Notes: a model not told the origin generated them from the sequence alone. Positions 1 through 10,042 are shown, counted from the first letter of the stretch. The stretch: 64,000 nt of DNA from Saccharofermentanales bacterium (GCA_050951845.1 JBMNJV010000001.1:510179-574178); one strand, 5' to 3'. Program-made: numbers and translations.

Positions 1-410
1 GAAGCAATGCATCCGATAATTTTGCCGAACGTCCCGGAATGCGGGCTTTAACTGAATTCAAAGTCAAATCACCTTTACGTGAATGTGGTTTGACGAAAAA
101 TGATATTAGAAATTTATCGGCAAAAGCAGGCTTACCTACAGCTGATAAACCGTCATATTCATGTCTGGCCACCAGGATTCCTCAGGGCATGCAAATTACT
201 AAAGAAAAATTACAAGCCACTGAAAAAGCAGAAAATTTTTTATTTGAGCTGGGCTTTAACGATTTCAGAATAAGACATATGGGCGATTATGCAGGAATTC
301 AATTGGCTGCCGATGAATTTACTTTATTTTTTGAGCAAAAAGAATATATTTTATCAGAATTAAGGAAATATTATCCGAAAATTCTGTTAGATCCGGAACC
401 ACGTATTTGA
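1..410 (+). CDS. larE: LarE-like ATP-dependent sulfur transferase, C-terminal part (5' end outside window)
   Basis: Frame +3 is open from the window edge. Translated ...RPGMRALTEFKVKSPLRECGLTKNDIRNLS...PSYSCLATRIP... resembles the conserved C-terminal half of LarE/PP-loop ATPases. larB and larC follow directly. Confidence 0.7.
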   Translation, partial: SNASDNFAERPGMRALTEFKVKSPLRECGLTKNDIRNLSAKAGLPTADKPSYSCLATRIPQGMQITKEKLQATEKAENFLFELGFNDFRIRHMGDYAGIQLAADEFTLFFEQKEYILSELRKYYPKILLDPEPRI

Positions 411-485
411 ATGATAAATAATGTATAATTTTATAACATGATTGAGTAATTATCAGATGAACATTGTCTTTTCGGAGGAAAATCA

Positions 486-1247
486 ATGAATCAGGATATA
501 ATCAATATTTTGAATGCAGTAAAAAATCAGGAATTATCGGTCGAAGAAGCATTGCTGCAAATAAAACAAGAACCTTTTGTTGATATCGGATATGCAAAAG
601 TTGATTTACAGCGCAGTACACGACAGGGAGCGCCGGAGGTTATCTTCGGTGCAGGCAAAACTCCGGAACAAATTGATGGAATTATCAGAACAATGCTTGA
701 TCATGATCAGAATTCGATATTGATTACCAGACTCAAGCCGGAATCTGCGGAAATGATCGGTAAGAATTATAATTTGAGATATTATTCCGAAGCTCAACTG
801 GGAGTTGTAGGAGAGTCCGTAAAATCCGGCGACGAATCTTCCGGTATCGGTAATATTGTTGTTGCCACAGGCGGCACCAGTGATATTACGGTTGCCGAAG
901 AAGCAGCTCTGACCGCTGAGTTTTACGGTAATAATGTAATTAGACTATACGATGTCGGAGTTGCCGGTTTACATCGCTTGCTCTCGCATTTAGATGAAAT
1001 CATGAGTGCAAGTGTCATTATTGCTGTTGCAGGCATGGAGGGTGCTTTAGCTTCAGTGATCGGCGGCTTGGTTGCTTGTCCGGTAATAGCAGTTCCGACC
1101 AGCGTCGGCTACGGGGCATCTTTTTCCGGATTGACCGCATTATTGTCGATGTTGAATTCTTGTTCGAGCGGTGTTTCTGTTGTAAATATCGACAACGGGT
1201 TCGGAGCCGGATATCTTGCTAATATGATAAATCACATGGGGAAATAA
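486..1247 (+). CDS. larB: LarB, pyridinium-3,5-biscarboxylic acid mononucleotide synthase (PurE/AIR-carboxylase-like)
   Basis: 253 aa. The C-terminal PurE-like domain (VVATGGTSDITVAEEA...VAGMEGALASVIGGL...VIAVPTSVGYG) and the N-terminal LarB-type extension are present, in lar gene context. Confidence 0.8.
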   Translation: MNQDIINILNAVKNQELSVEEALLQIKQEPFVDIGYAKVDLQRSTRQGAPEVIFGAGKTPEQIDGIIRTMLDHDQNSILITRLKPESAEMIGKNYNLRYYSEAQLGVVGESVKSGDESSGIGNIVVATGGTSDITVAEEAALTAEFYGNNVIRLYDVGVAGLHRLLSHLDEIMSASVIIAVAGMEGALASVIGGLVACPVIAVPTSVGYGASFSGLTALLSMLNSCSSGVSVVNIDNGFGAGYLANMINHMGK

Positions 1248-1333
1248 TGTTTTTCCGGTAAAACCGTTCAACAGGTTTTTGCTGAAAAACATTGAAGAAC
1301 ATAGCTGAAACAGAGAAAACAAAGGAAGTAAAG

Positions 1334-2680
1334 ATGAGAATTTTATATTTTGATTGCGGTATGGGTGCTGCCGGTGACATGATAGCCGGTGCTTTATATG
1401 ATTTACTTAATGACGAACAGAGACAAGAATTCCTTGAAACTTTCAATCGTCTTAATTTGCCCGGTGTCGAAATAATTCCGGAAGTTGCATCAAAATGCGG
1501 AATTAACGGAATCAATTTTGTTGTGAAAGTTAATGGTGAAATCGAAGGTGAACATAAACACGAAAACGGACACGATTATGTTCACGAACAATCTCATCAA
1601 AATTGCGATCACCATCATCACGATCATCACCACGATCATCATCACCACGATCAAGACCATCACTATCATGATCATGACCACCACGATCACGATCATCACC
1701 AAGATTACCATCATCATGCTCATCGCAGTATGCAAGAAACAGAGAATATTATTGCAGGTTTTAATCTGCCTGAGGAAATAAAAAATGACATAATCAACGT
1801 CTACAAACTTATTGCGGAAGCTGAGAGTGAATCACATGGAGTTCCTGTAACGGATATTCATTTTCATGAAGTGGGAACCATGGATGCGATTGCGGATATT
1901 ACCGCAGCAAGCATTTTGTTCAAAATGCTTGCTGTTGATAAGATTATTGCATCTCCTATCCATGTCGGAAGCGGTTCGGTGCGTTGTGCTCATGGAATTT
2001 TGCCCGTACCGGCACCGGCAACGGCCAATATTCTGCGAGATGTGCCAATATACGGCGGAGAGATCAAAGGTGAATTATGCACACCGACCGGTGCAGCTCT
2101 GCTGAAATATTATGTCAATAATTTTGAAAACATGCCGATTTTAAAAATTATAAAAACCGGTTATGGTCATGGAAAAAAGAATTTTGCTGTCATGAATAGC
2201 CTGCGAGTTCTCTTGGCAGATTCGGAGAGCGATCCCGGTTCTGCTGAAAAAACCGATCCCAATGATTTGGTCTATGTGTTAAGTTGTAATGTTGACGATA
2301 TGACTGCTGAAGAAATTGCTTATGCGACGGACTGCTTTTTCTCAGCAGGTGCTCTGGATGTCTATACAATTTCACTAGTTATGAAAAAATCCCGTCCCGG
2401 TACTTTAATTTCAATAATTTGTGACAAAAAACTGAAAGATGAACTTATCAGATTAATGTTTAAACATACATCAACCATCGGTATTCGCGAAAATTTATGT
2501 AATCGCTATGTGTTAAACCGTTCATTCGAAACTTTGACAACACAATATGGTAATATTAGAAAAAAGATTACCGGAGGCTACGGTGTGAACAAGGAAAAGC
2601 TGGAACATGCCGATCTTGCCGCAATTGCCAAACAACATAATCTCAGCTTGACCGAGTTAAAAACTAAATTAAGCAAATAA
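1334..2680 (+). CDS. larC: LarC nickel-insertion (cyclometallase) protein with His/Asp-rich tract
   Basis: Start refined to the ATG at 1334 (MRILYFDCGMGAAGDM, a typical LarC N-terminus) with SD aaaggaag 6 nt upstream. An internal H/D-rich run (HDHHHDHHHHDQDHHYHDHDHH...) fits nickel binding. It is a single uninterrupted ORF. Confidence 0.8.
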   Translation: MRILYFDCGMGAAGDMIAGALYDLLNDEQRQEFLETFNRLNLPGVEIIPEVASKCGINGINFVVKVNGEIEGEHKHENGHDYVHEQSHQNCDHHHHDHHHDHHHHDQDHHYHDHDHHDHDHHQDYHHHAHRSMQETENIIAGFNLPEEIKNDIINVYKLIAEAESESHGVPVTDIHFHEVGTMDAIADITAASILFKMLAVDKIIASPIHVGSGSVRCAHGILPVPAPATANILRDVPIYGGEIKGELCTPTGAALLKYYVNNFENMPILKIIKTGYGHGKKNFAVMNSLRVLLADSESDPGSAEKTDPNDLVYVLSCNVDDMTAEEIAYATDCFFSAGALDVYTISLVMKKSRPGTLISIICDKKLKDELIRLMFKHTSTIGIRENLCNRYVLNRSFETLTTQYGNIRKKITGGYGVNKEKLEHADLAAIAKQHNLSLTELKTKLSK

Positions 2681-2786
2681 ATTTAATTTTAGCGAAAAAA
2701 TTATAAAAAACTAAATTAAATTATAAAAAAAGTGAATTATAGAATTGAATAATAAAAATTGAATTATAAAAAAGAAACAGAGCTAT

Positions 2787-3911
2787 ATGAAAAAAACACA
2801 CAACTTACAACTTCTGATCAAACCTGCTTCAAGTTCTTGCAATATCCGTTGCACTTATTGTTTTTATTATGATATTTGCAGCATACGAGAAGAAGAGAAT
2901 TATGGAATAATGACTGATCAAGTACTGGAAACCTTAATTCGAAAGAGTTTTGCTAATGCTGAGGGCCAGGTATCCATAGTTTTTCAAGGCGGTGAACCGA
3001 CACTGGCCGGACTCACTTTTTTTGAAAAATATATTAGTTTAATACAAAAATATAATAAAAATAATTTACCTGTGAATCATGGCATTCAAACTAACGGTAT
3101 GATTCTTAACCGGGAATGGGCAGAGTTTTTCAAAAGGCATTCATTTTTAGTCGGGGTATCTGTTGACGGAGTAAAAGAAAGTCATAATGCTTTCAGGCTG
3201 GATGCAAAGGGAGAAGGAACTTTCGATCAGGTCTGGGCATCAATTAAACTCTTACAAAAATATCAGGTGGATTTTAATGTTCTGACTGTAATTAATGCTG
3301 CAACAGCTGTCAGAGCCAAGGAAATCTATAATTTTTACAAGGAAAACGGGTTGCGGTATCAGCAGTATATTCCTTGTCTCAATCCTTTGGAGAATCCGGA
3401 TTTTGAATATCCGTTTACGCTGACAAATGATTTATATGCAAAATTTTTGTGTGAATTATTTGATGTTTGGTATCAGGATGTTATCTGCGGCAATCTGATT
3501 TATGTTTCGAATTTTGAAAATTATTTAGCCATGTTATTAGGTGTACCGCCCGGAACTTGCGGTATGACCGGTCACTGCACGCCACATATGGTCGTTGAGG
3601 CAGACGGAAGTTTTTACCCGTGTGATTTTTATGTTTTAGACGAGTACAAAATCGGAAACATCATGCAAGATGATTATGCTGAAATAGAGCAAAGATTGTA
3701 TTCTACTAAATTATTGGAAGAATCAAAACCTATTGCTGAACCATGTAAGAAATGCCGGTACTTTAAGATTTGCAGAGGTGGCTGCAGACGTCATCGCGAG
3801 CCGTTAATCGTTGATGGTTCTGTAAATCTCAATCGATTCTGCAAAGCATATAAACAGTTTTTTGATTATGCTGTACCGAGACTGAAACATTTAGGCTCGA
3901 AAATATTATAG
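2787..3911 (+). CDS. radical SAM/SPASM maturase, anaerobic sulfatase-maturating-enzyme-like
   Basis: CX3CX2C motif near the N-terminus (SSCNIRCTYCFY), GGEPTL, and a C-terminal Cys-rich SPASM-like region (CGMTGHC...PCDF...CKKCRYFKICRGGCRRHR). No sulfatase or precursor peptide ORF is nearby. Confidence 0.7.
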   Translation: MKKTHNLQLLIKPASSSCNIRCTYCFYYDICSIREEENYGIMTDQVLETLIRKSFANAEGQVSIVFQGGEPTLAGLTFFEKYISLIQKYNKNNLPVNHGIQTNGMILNREWAEFFKRHSFLVGVSVDGVKESHNAFRLDAKGEGTFDQVWASIKLLQKYQVDFNVLTVINAATAVRAKEIYNFYKENGLRYQQYIPCLNPLENPDFEYPFTLTNDLYAKFLCELFDVWYQDVICGNLIYVSNFENYLAMLLGVPPGTCGMTGHCTPHMVVEADGSFYPCDFYVLDEYKIGNIMQDDYAEIEQRLYSTKLLEESKPIAEPCKKCRYFKICRGGCRRHREPLIVDGSVNLNRFCKAYKQFFDYAVPRLKHLGSKIL

Positions 3912-3968
3912 AGATAGCCGGAATTGATAGCCGGAACAGAAAAGGCAAATATCTAAGTAAAGAATAAT

Positions 3969-4016
3969 AAAAAAACATCCAAAAGATAGAGACTTGGTTT
4001 TCTGGATGTTTTTTTG
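3969..4016. terminator. bidirectional intrinsic terminator between convergent genes
   Basis: Hairpin aacatcca...tggatgtt is flanked by an A-run upstream and a T-run downstream (aaaaaaacatccaaaag...ttttctggatgttttttt). Confidence 0.5.
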
Positions 4017-4035
4017 GTTGTTTATAGAATATTAT

Positions 4036-4296
4036 TTATTCAGTTTCAGCGGCTTCAGCTTGTTCAGCTTTCGCTTTGTCTAATTCCTGAAATCTCTGAT
4101 AATTGGTTCTTAATGCTTCAACGATGAAATCAACATCCTGTCCATGCACGGCACAGGCTTGTTCCACTGATTCGAATTGGGCAGCGGGACATCCGAGACA
4201 ATGCATTCCCATACTCATAAATATAGGCGCCAATCGGATATCTATTCTTAAAATATCACCGATTAACATATCTTTATTAATAATTTGCTCGCTCAT
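4036..4296 (-). CDS. DUF1858 / hybrid-cluster-protein-associated redox disulfide protein
   Basis: 86 aa with the family signature [24 protein letters not shown]. Confidence 0.6.
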   Translation of the reverse strand: MSEQIINKDMLIGDILRIDIRLAPIFMSMGMHCLGCPAAQFESVEQACAVHGQDVDFIVEALRTNYQRFQELDKAKAEQAEAAETE

Positions 4297-4477
4297 ATCT
4301 TTACTCCTTTATTCTATCTGAAATTATTTATTTCTCTCCTGAATTTATTATATATAATATGTCGAATTGAGAAACGTTGCAAATGTAACATTTTCAGCTG
4401 TATACTAATTGCGGTTTCAATTAGCTGAGACAATAGTCGATTTTTACTATTAAACTAAGAAAAAGTTGGTTGTTTAA

Positions 4478-5371
4478 ATGTGGTTGGTTTTATCGTTGTT
4501 AGCCCTTTTTTTATGGAGCGGTTCGGATTTATTTTCCAAACTTGGCTGTCAGGATAAATCTGAAAAAAATTCTCCGTTAAAAATGGTGATGGCTGTCGGA
4601 CTGGTTATGGGACTGCATGCCGCATATGAGGTTATTTTTAACGATGTGATTTTTTCATGGCAGGTTGTTTGGGCATATTTGCCGATTTCTGCTTTATACA
4701 TTGTATCAATGGCAATCGGTTATTTCGGCTTAAGATATATTGAATTATCGATTTCTTCACCGATTTGTAATACTTCGGGCGCTTTAGTCGTTGTGTTTTA
4801 TCTGTTGACGGGAGTCAGACCCGAGGCAGCAATTCTTGTCGGAGCAGGATTTACCTTGATGGGCATTATCGGATTAGGTATTGCCGAGTATACGGAAGAT
4901 GAGTTGTTGAGAGCGGAACGTCAAAAAGCCTCGAACATGAAATATCATAAGAGTCTGCTGGCAATTGCTTTACCGATTATCTACAGTTTGATCGATGCCG
5001 GCGGAACTTTTGCCGACAGTCTGATCCTAGAAACACTGAATGAAGCCCAGGCGAATGTAGCTTATGAATTTACTTTTTTTATTACCGGTTTGATCGTATT
5101 TCTTGTACTTTTAATCCGGGGTGAATTTAAGCTGACAAAATCCGACAGACCGAAACTGATTGCTTCAATGTTTGAAACCGGCGGTCAGGTTGCTTATATT
5201 TATGCAATCGGTGCACACCCGATTGCGGCAGCACCGATCATTTCCTGTTATTGCTTGTTGACAGTAATCTGGGGCAGAATTTTTCTTAAAGAAAAATTAT
5301 CTTGGAAACACTATACTTCAATAGGTTTGGCAATTACCGGAATTATTATATTGGCAATCTTTGATCAGTAA
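4478..5371 (+). CDS. EamA/DMT-family membrane transporter
   Basis: 297 aa and highly hydrophobic, with about ten predicted TM segments in two halves, as in drug/metabolite transporters. Confidence 0.55.
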   Translation: MWLVLSLLALFLWSGSDLFSKLGCQDKSEKNSPLKMVMAVGLVMGLHAAYEVIFNDVIFSWQVVWAYLPISALYIVSMAIGYFGLRYIELSISSPICNTSGALVVVFYLLTGVRPEAAILVGAGFTLMGIIGLGIAEYTEDELLRAERQKASNMKYHKSLLAIALPIIYSLIDAGGTFADSLILETLNEAQANVAYEFTFFITGLIVFLVLLIRGEFKLTKSDRPKLIASMFETGGQVAYIYAIGAHPIAAAPIISCYCLLTVIWGRIFLKEKLSWKHYTSIGLAITGIIILAIFDQ

Positions 5372-5511
5372 ATAATTTACATGAATTTTATGTATTAATA
5401 TTTATTGCGGAGCATAATGAGGAATATATGCTAAAATAACCTGGGTGTGTAGCAGGAATAATTATTTGAAGTTCAGATAAGAGATTATTTACAATTTTTC
5501 AAAGGGATAAT

Positions 5512-6507
5512 ATGAAATTAAAATTAAATAATATTAATAAATCATTTGGCAAGGTTCACGTTTTACATGATGTTTCTTTTGAAGTAGATTCAGGGAGAGC
5601 GATGGGCTTTTTGGGACGTAACGGCTCGGGTAAAACAACCTCGATTCGCTGCATTATGGATATTTTCAAACCGGATAGCGGCGATATTTTGCTGGATGAT
5701 CAACCTTTCAAACCGCGTGAACTGAAAGTCGGTTATTTACCGGAAGAAAGAGGCATGTATGCCAAAGAGCCGATTCTGGAACAATTGATTTATTTCGGTC
5801 AGCTCAGAGGCGGCAGCAAAGCAGAGAGCAAGAAGTCGGCCGAAGCATGGCTTGAACGTTTTGACTTGTCAGAATATGCCAATAAAAAACTGGAAGTTTT
5901 ATCTAAGGGCAATCAGCAAAAGATTCAGATAATTCAGGCTTTTCTCAACGATCCGGAAATGATTATTTTGGATGAACCCTTCAGCGGATTGGATCCGGTC
6001 AATGCGGAACTGTTTAAGGATGCGATCAGAGATGCAATTAAGGCAAATAAATTAGTCATCTTTTCCTCGCATCAAATGGGATACGTTGAAGAGTTTTGTG
6101 ATGATATAACTTTAATCGATAAAGGTGATATTTTAATCAATGATTCATTAGCTGATGTTCAAGCTGAAATGAGTCAGGATAAGTATCGTTTAGAAGCAGT
6201 AAATATGAATCGGGAACAATTAAAGCAACGGCTCAAACAAATTGAGTCCGATCACAATTTCGGGCATGACCTGCTGGCGGCTGAAGATAAAATCTCTTTA
6301 ATTATCAACTTGAGCAATCTTGTACCTAATAATTTCTTGCAAAAAATCATTGCAGCAGAAATTCAGATAAAGAACTTTTCGGTATATTTACCGACTTTGA
6401 CCGATGTATTTTTACATTATGTAAAAGAACATGATGTATTAACTAATGGAATAAAAGGGCAAGATGATGAAAAAAACCGAGATGTTTCCTGCCGGGAGGA
6501 GAACTGA
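5512..6507 (+). CDS. ABC transporter ATP-binding protein (ABC-2 type)
   Basis: Walker A GRNGSGKTT, signature LSKGNQQK, Walker B IILDEPFSGLD. An ABC-2 permease follows. Confidence 0.8.
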   Translation: MKLKLNNINKSFGKVHVLHDVSFEVDSGRAMGFLGRNGSGKTTSIRCIMDIFKPDSGDILLDDQPFKPRELKVGYLPEERGMYAKEPILEQLIYFGQLRGGSKAESKKSAEAWLERFDLSEYANKKLEVLSKGNQQKIQIIQAFLNDPEMIILDEPFSGLDPVNAELFKDAIRDAIKANKLVIFSSHQMGYVEEFCDDITLIDKGDILINDSLADVQAEMSQDKYRLEAVNMNREQLKQRLKQIESDHNFGHDLLAAEDKISLIINLSNLVPNNFLQKIIAAEIQIKNFSVYLPTLTDVFLHYVKEHDVLTNGIKGQDDEKNRDVSCREEN

Positions 6508-6578
6508 GATGCGATATCTGACAGTAGTACCATGTTCTGAAATATTCCTCCACGTTACTGAAAAGAAGGAGAACTAAA

Positions 6579-7847
6579 ATGCGAAATAGCGGTCTGGTTT
6601 TCAGTTTTGAATTTAAATCTATTTTAAGAAAAAAATCTTATCTTGCGACAACGCTTATTCTGTGTTTAATAGTTGTTGCCGCTGTGATAATTCCAAGTTT
6701 TCTTGCAAAAAAAGAGGAATCAGCGGAAGACGCTTTAATAGTTGACGGTGATAACTTCTTTGTTGCATCTGAACATTTTACGGAAGAAGATGTCGCTGAT
6801 CTTATGTCTGACGGCGGCTATTATTGTGCGACCGGCGAATTAAAAGATTTTTCGTTGTTAAAAAACATCAAGCAAGAATATGCTGATGAAGATTCCTTAA
6901 AAACAGCTTTGGCAGAGGATGAAATTGCCTTCGGTGTTGTTTTTTACTCAGCAAGTGATTTTGTCTTCATGGTAAACGGAGAACAGAATCCAATTGCCGG
7001 TGCTTTTATTGAACAACAATTATTAAATTACAACAGATTGAATTACTTTGGAGCAAATAACATTGATCCTGCATTAATTCCCGGAATATATAATGTGCAA
7101 GTTAATGCGACCACTGTTGACATTTCACAAAAAGGCATCGGAAACTTCGTTTTAGCCATGATTTATACAATTCTTTTGTATATGTTGATAATCATGTACG
7201 GTACGACCGTATCATCTTCTGTAGCCAGAGAAAAAGATAATCGTACAATGGAATTGTTAATTGCGAATACCAAAGCAGATTATTTGATCATCGGAAAAAC
7301 TTTAGCTGCCGGATTAGCAGGAATTCTTCAAGTTTTAGCCATGATTATAACCTTACTCCTTTCGCTAAAATTCAGCGGTCAGGACATTGTAGAATTGATT
7401 GGCGGTTTTCTTGAATTGAATACAACAACGATCATTACCATGGTTTTATTCGGTTTGACCGGCTACATTTCATACTTGTTTATTTATGCAGCCTTGGGAG
7501 CATTGGTTTCCAAAATGGAAGATGTTAACTATGCGGTTACACCGGTGATGCTGATTTTTATTGCAGCATATTTAATCGCTATTTACGGAATGGGAAATCC
7601 GCATGGCCTTCTGTTAAAAGCAGCATCATATTTCCCCTTAACTTCGGTTCTGGCGATGCCGGTACGGACGATTTTGCTGAATATTTCTCTGATTGAAATT
7701 CTGATCAGTGCAGCGATTATGTTAGTCAGTATTGTTGTGTTTTCGTTTCTTGCCATTCGAATTTATCGTTTGGGTTCACTTAATTATGGTAACAGAATGA
7801 AATTCGGTAAAACGCTGAAAATGATTTTTCGTGGCGAAGACATTTAA
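6579..7847 (+). CDS. ABC-2 family permease
   Basis: 422 aa with an N-terminal TM segment, a large extracytoplasmic loop and a C-terminal multi-TM bundle. It is downstream of the ABC ATPase. Confidence 0.65.
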   Translation: MRNSGLVFSFEFKSILRKKSYLATTLILCLIVVAAVIIPSFLAKKEESAEDALIVDGDNFFVASEHFTEEDVADLMSDGGYYCATGELKDFSLLKNIKQEYADEDSLKTALAEDEIAFGVVFYSASDFVFMVNGEQNPIAGAFIEQQLLNYNRLNYFGANNIDPALIPGIYNVQVNATTVDISQKGIGNFVLAMIYTILLYMLIIMYGTTVSSSVAREKDNRTMELLIANTKADYLIIGKTLAAGLAGILQVLAMIITLLLSLKFSGQDIVELIGGFLELNTTTIITMVLFGLTGYISYLFIYAALGALVSKMEDVNYAVTPVMLIFIAAYLIAIYGMGNPHGLLLKAASYFPLTSVLAMPVRTILLNISLIEILISAAIMLVSIVVFSFLAIRIYRLGSLNYGNRMKFGKTLKMIFRGEDI

Positions 7848-7921
7848 AAAATCAAAAATAATTTTTGAAAAACTGATACCTGAATAAGTGCTGAAAAATC
7901 CATACCGGAAATTGAAAATAA

Positions 7922-8584
7922 TTACTTTTTCATATCAATTTCAGATTTTTTTCGGGAATAAGGCGGTAAAGCCCAGTTGACCAAATATGCAACGAAAATT
8001 CCGATAATTGTGTATAAGAAACGATAAGCAGCCACAATTAATGCGTATTCTCGCGGATCTGTTGCTTGATTTGAAGACTGGCTTAAAGCGATCAACATGA
8101 AAACAACAGCTGCGAGAGCGGTCATTTCAGTAGCTTTGATCAGGACGGTAATCCAAATAGTTAAAAATAAAAGGCTGGTTATAATTAAATAATATTGTAT
8201 ACAGTGATTTTCGAAATTGAAGCTGATTCTGATCTGGACAGCTAACAATCCCATCAATGCACCGAAAGCGGTTGAGCCTAATCGGTAAAGACCGGCTTTC
8301 CAGGTATGTTTTAATTTTGATTTCAATGTGATTATTACGGCAATACAAGCGTGAAGTGCGTGAAATATGCCGGAATTATCGCCGATATCAATCAGGGAAA
8401 TCATCAGACAGATAAAAACTGCAATTGTAGTTTTAAGGATGCGCCATCCCGGTTTCTGGAAATGAAACGATTCATCCGGAGTTAAATGCGGATTGTATGC
8501 TTTATTTTCATTACGCTGCTCAGCGTAATAATTTGTTAAATATTTATATTCTCCATAAAAAATATTCTCATTTTTATTAATCAT
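7922..8584 (-). CDS. integral membrane protein, FUSC/aromatic-acid-exporter-like
   Basis: 220 aa with 5-6 hydrophobic segments. The family call rests only on weak resemblance. Confidence 0.35.
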   Translation of the reverse strand: MINKNENIFYGEYKYLTNYYAEQRNENKAYNPHLTPDESFHFQKPGWRILKTTIAVFICLMISLIDIGDNSGIFHALHACIAVIITLKSKLKHTWKAGLYRLGSTAFGALMGLLAVQIRISFNFENHCIQYYLIITSLLFLTIWITVLIKATEMTALAAVVFMLIALSQSSNQATDPREYALIVAAYRFLYTIIGIFVAYLVNWALPPYSRKKSEIDMKK

Positions 8585-8836
8585 CTATAAACCTTTAAAT
8601 TAGTCCTTATTTAAATTTATTTATTATTTATTATTTCTTATTGTTTGCTCAATTATTTGCTTAATTATTTCATCTGTCCGATTGTAAAATCAGCTTATGC
8701 TCAGCTTGATTTTCACGAATGTAACATACGTAACTTACGTTTTACAAACAGATAATCAAGCAGTAAGATAAACATAATCAACATAAGAAGACATAGCAAA
8801 TGTCAGTAAATTAATTGTACATAACGGGAGGTTATT

Positions 8837-9253
8837 ATGAAAAAATTAGATACATATTTGGCGGATTTATTAGTAGGAAATGTTAAACTTCATAATTTGC
8901 ATTGGAATGTAGTAGGTCTTACTTTCAAAGCAGTTCATGAATATCTGGAAGATCTCTATGATTCATTTTTTGAAAAATTTGATGAAGTTGCTGAATATCA
9001 AAAACAAATCGGTGTATATCCGAAAAGTTCTGTAAAAGAATATATGAAATTAACAAATATTGAAGAATTGGGTGACAATGATATTTCTTCAACAGATGCG
9101 TTAGCCGTCGCTTTGGATCTTATTAAATATATGAAGGACAGTGCATTAAAGATTCAAGCAGAAGCAGAGGATTTTGTTCTTTCCAATATGATGGAAGATC
9201 ATGTAACAGAGTATAATAAGGAAATCTGGTTCATGGAATCAATGTTGCGATAA
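8837..9253 (+). CDS. dps: Dps-family DNA-protecting ferritin-like protein
   Basis: 138 aa. LADLLVGNVKLHNLHWNVVG..F..VHEYLEDLYD matches the Dps ferroxidase-site helices. Confidence 0.75.
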   Translation: MKKLDTYLADLLVGNVKLHNLHWNVVGLTFKAVHEYLEDLYDSFFEKFDEVAEYQKQIGVYPKSSVKEYMKLTNIEELGDNDISSTDALAVALDLIKYMKDSALKIQAEAEDFVLSNMMEDHVTEYNKEIWFMESMLR

Positions 9254-9301
9254 TTAATACTTAGCTTAACACAAAGCAAAAGGAGATGTTTCAAATAAAA
9301 C

Positions 9302-9338
9302 AAACCCCGAAATCCGGACACGGACGGAGGGGTTTTAT
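9302..9338 (+). terminator. intrinsic terminator of dps
   Basis: Stem aaacccc/ggggttt with an inner tccg/cgga stem, followed by tttt. Confidence 0.6.
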
Positions 9339-9565
9339 CATGTGGAAATTCCTGGTATTTTGCGGAATCTGCATTTTATCTGCGATAGTACGGAAGTATT
9401 AAACATATCTACCTGTTCAAGCAGGTCTTATCTGATCTTACGGTGATTGTGAAATATAACACCCGAGAAGATACTGTATTAAAAGGTGCAATATTTGATA
9501 ATTGGACGTACTTCAGGGTATGATAAATATAGAATAGTATTAATTTAATAGAAAGGGTGAGCGCA

Positions 9566-10042
9566 ATGACTAATACTTTAGAAATGAATTTTGGCATTAT
9601 TTCCATCAATGACGCTATCAACAAATTTTTCGAGCATTATCCGGGTGATATTCTGACAAAAATCCGGTTAGCTCACAAAGGTCCATTTTACAAATATTCC
9701 TTTGTAGGAAATGACGGCAAAAATCGTCATTCACTCAAACTAAACGCACAGACGGGAGATATTATTAAAAATACTGTTAAGGCTCTTAAGCCGAAAGACC
9801 AAAAGCCTGTAAGACGAGATGCAAAAAAATTAAACTTGGAGGATATGTTGTCATTCAGCGAGATCAACGCTATCGCTTTAAAAGTTGCTCCGGTATCTAC
9901 TCCTATACAGTGGAAGCTGGACAGGAAAAAAGAGCGCACCTTGTGGAAAGTAAAAATTACAGATGAGCACGGTGCAAATATGCATGAAGTAAAACTGGAT
10001 GCCCAAAACGGCAGTTTGTTACAGGTAAAATTAAAAGGTTAG
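9566..10042 (+). CDS. PepSY-domain protein
   Basis: Two PepSY-like repeats (..YSFVGNDGKNRHSLKLNAQTGDII.. and ..WKVKITDEHGANMHEVKLDAQNGSLL..). Start refined to the ATG at 9566 after SD-like aagggtgag. Confidence 0.5.
   Translation: MTNTLEMNFGIISINDAINKFFEHYPGDILTKIRLAHKGPFYKYSFVGNDGKNRHSLKLNAQTGDIIKNTVKALKPKDQKPVRRDAKKLNLEDMLSFSEINAIALKVAPVSTPIQWKLDRKKERTLWKVKITDEHGANMHEVKLDAQNGSLLQVKLKG

Noticed and set aside
1490-1781. ORFs 1490-1735 (-) and 1533-1781 (+), with extremely repetitive I/T/M/V-rich translations.
   Set aside because: They are alternative-frame and antisense readings of the cac/cat/gat repeat that encodes the LarC His/Asp tract. They have no SD and lie fully inside larC.
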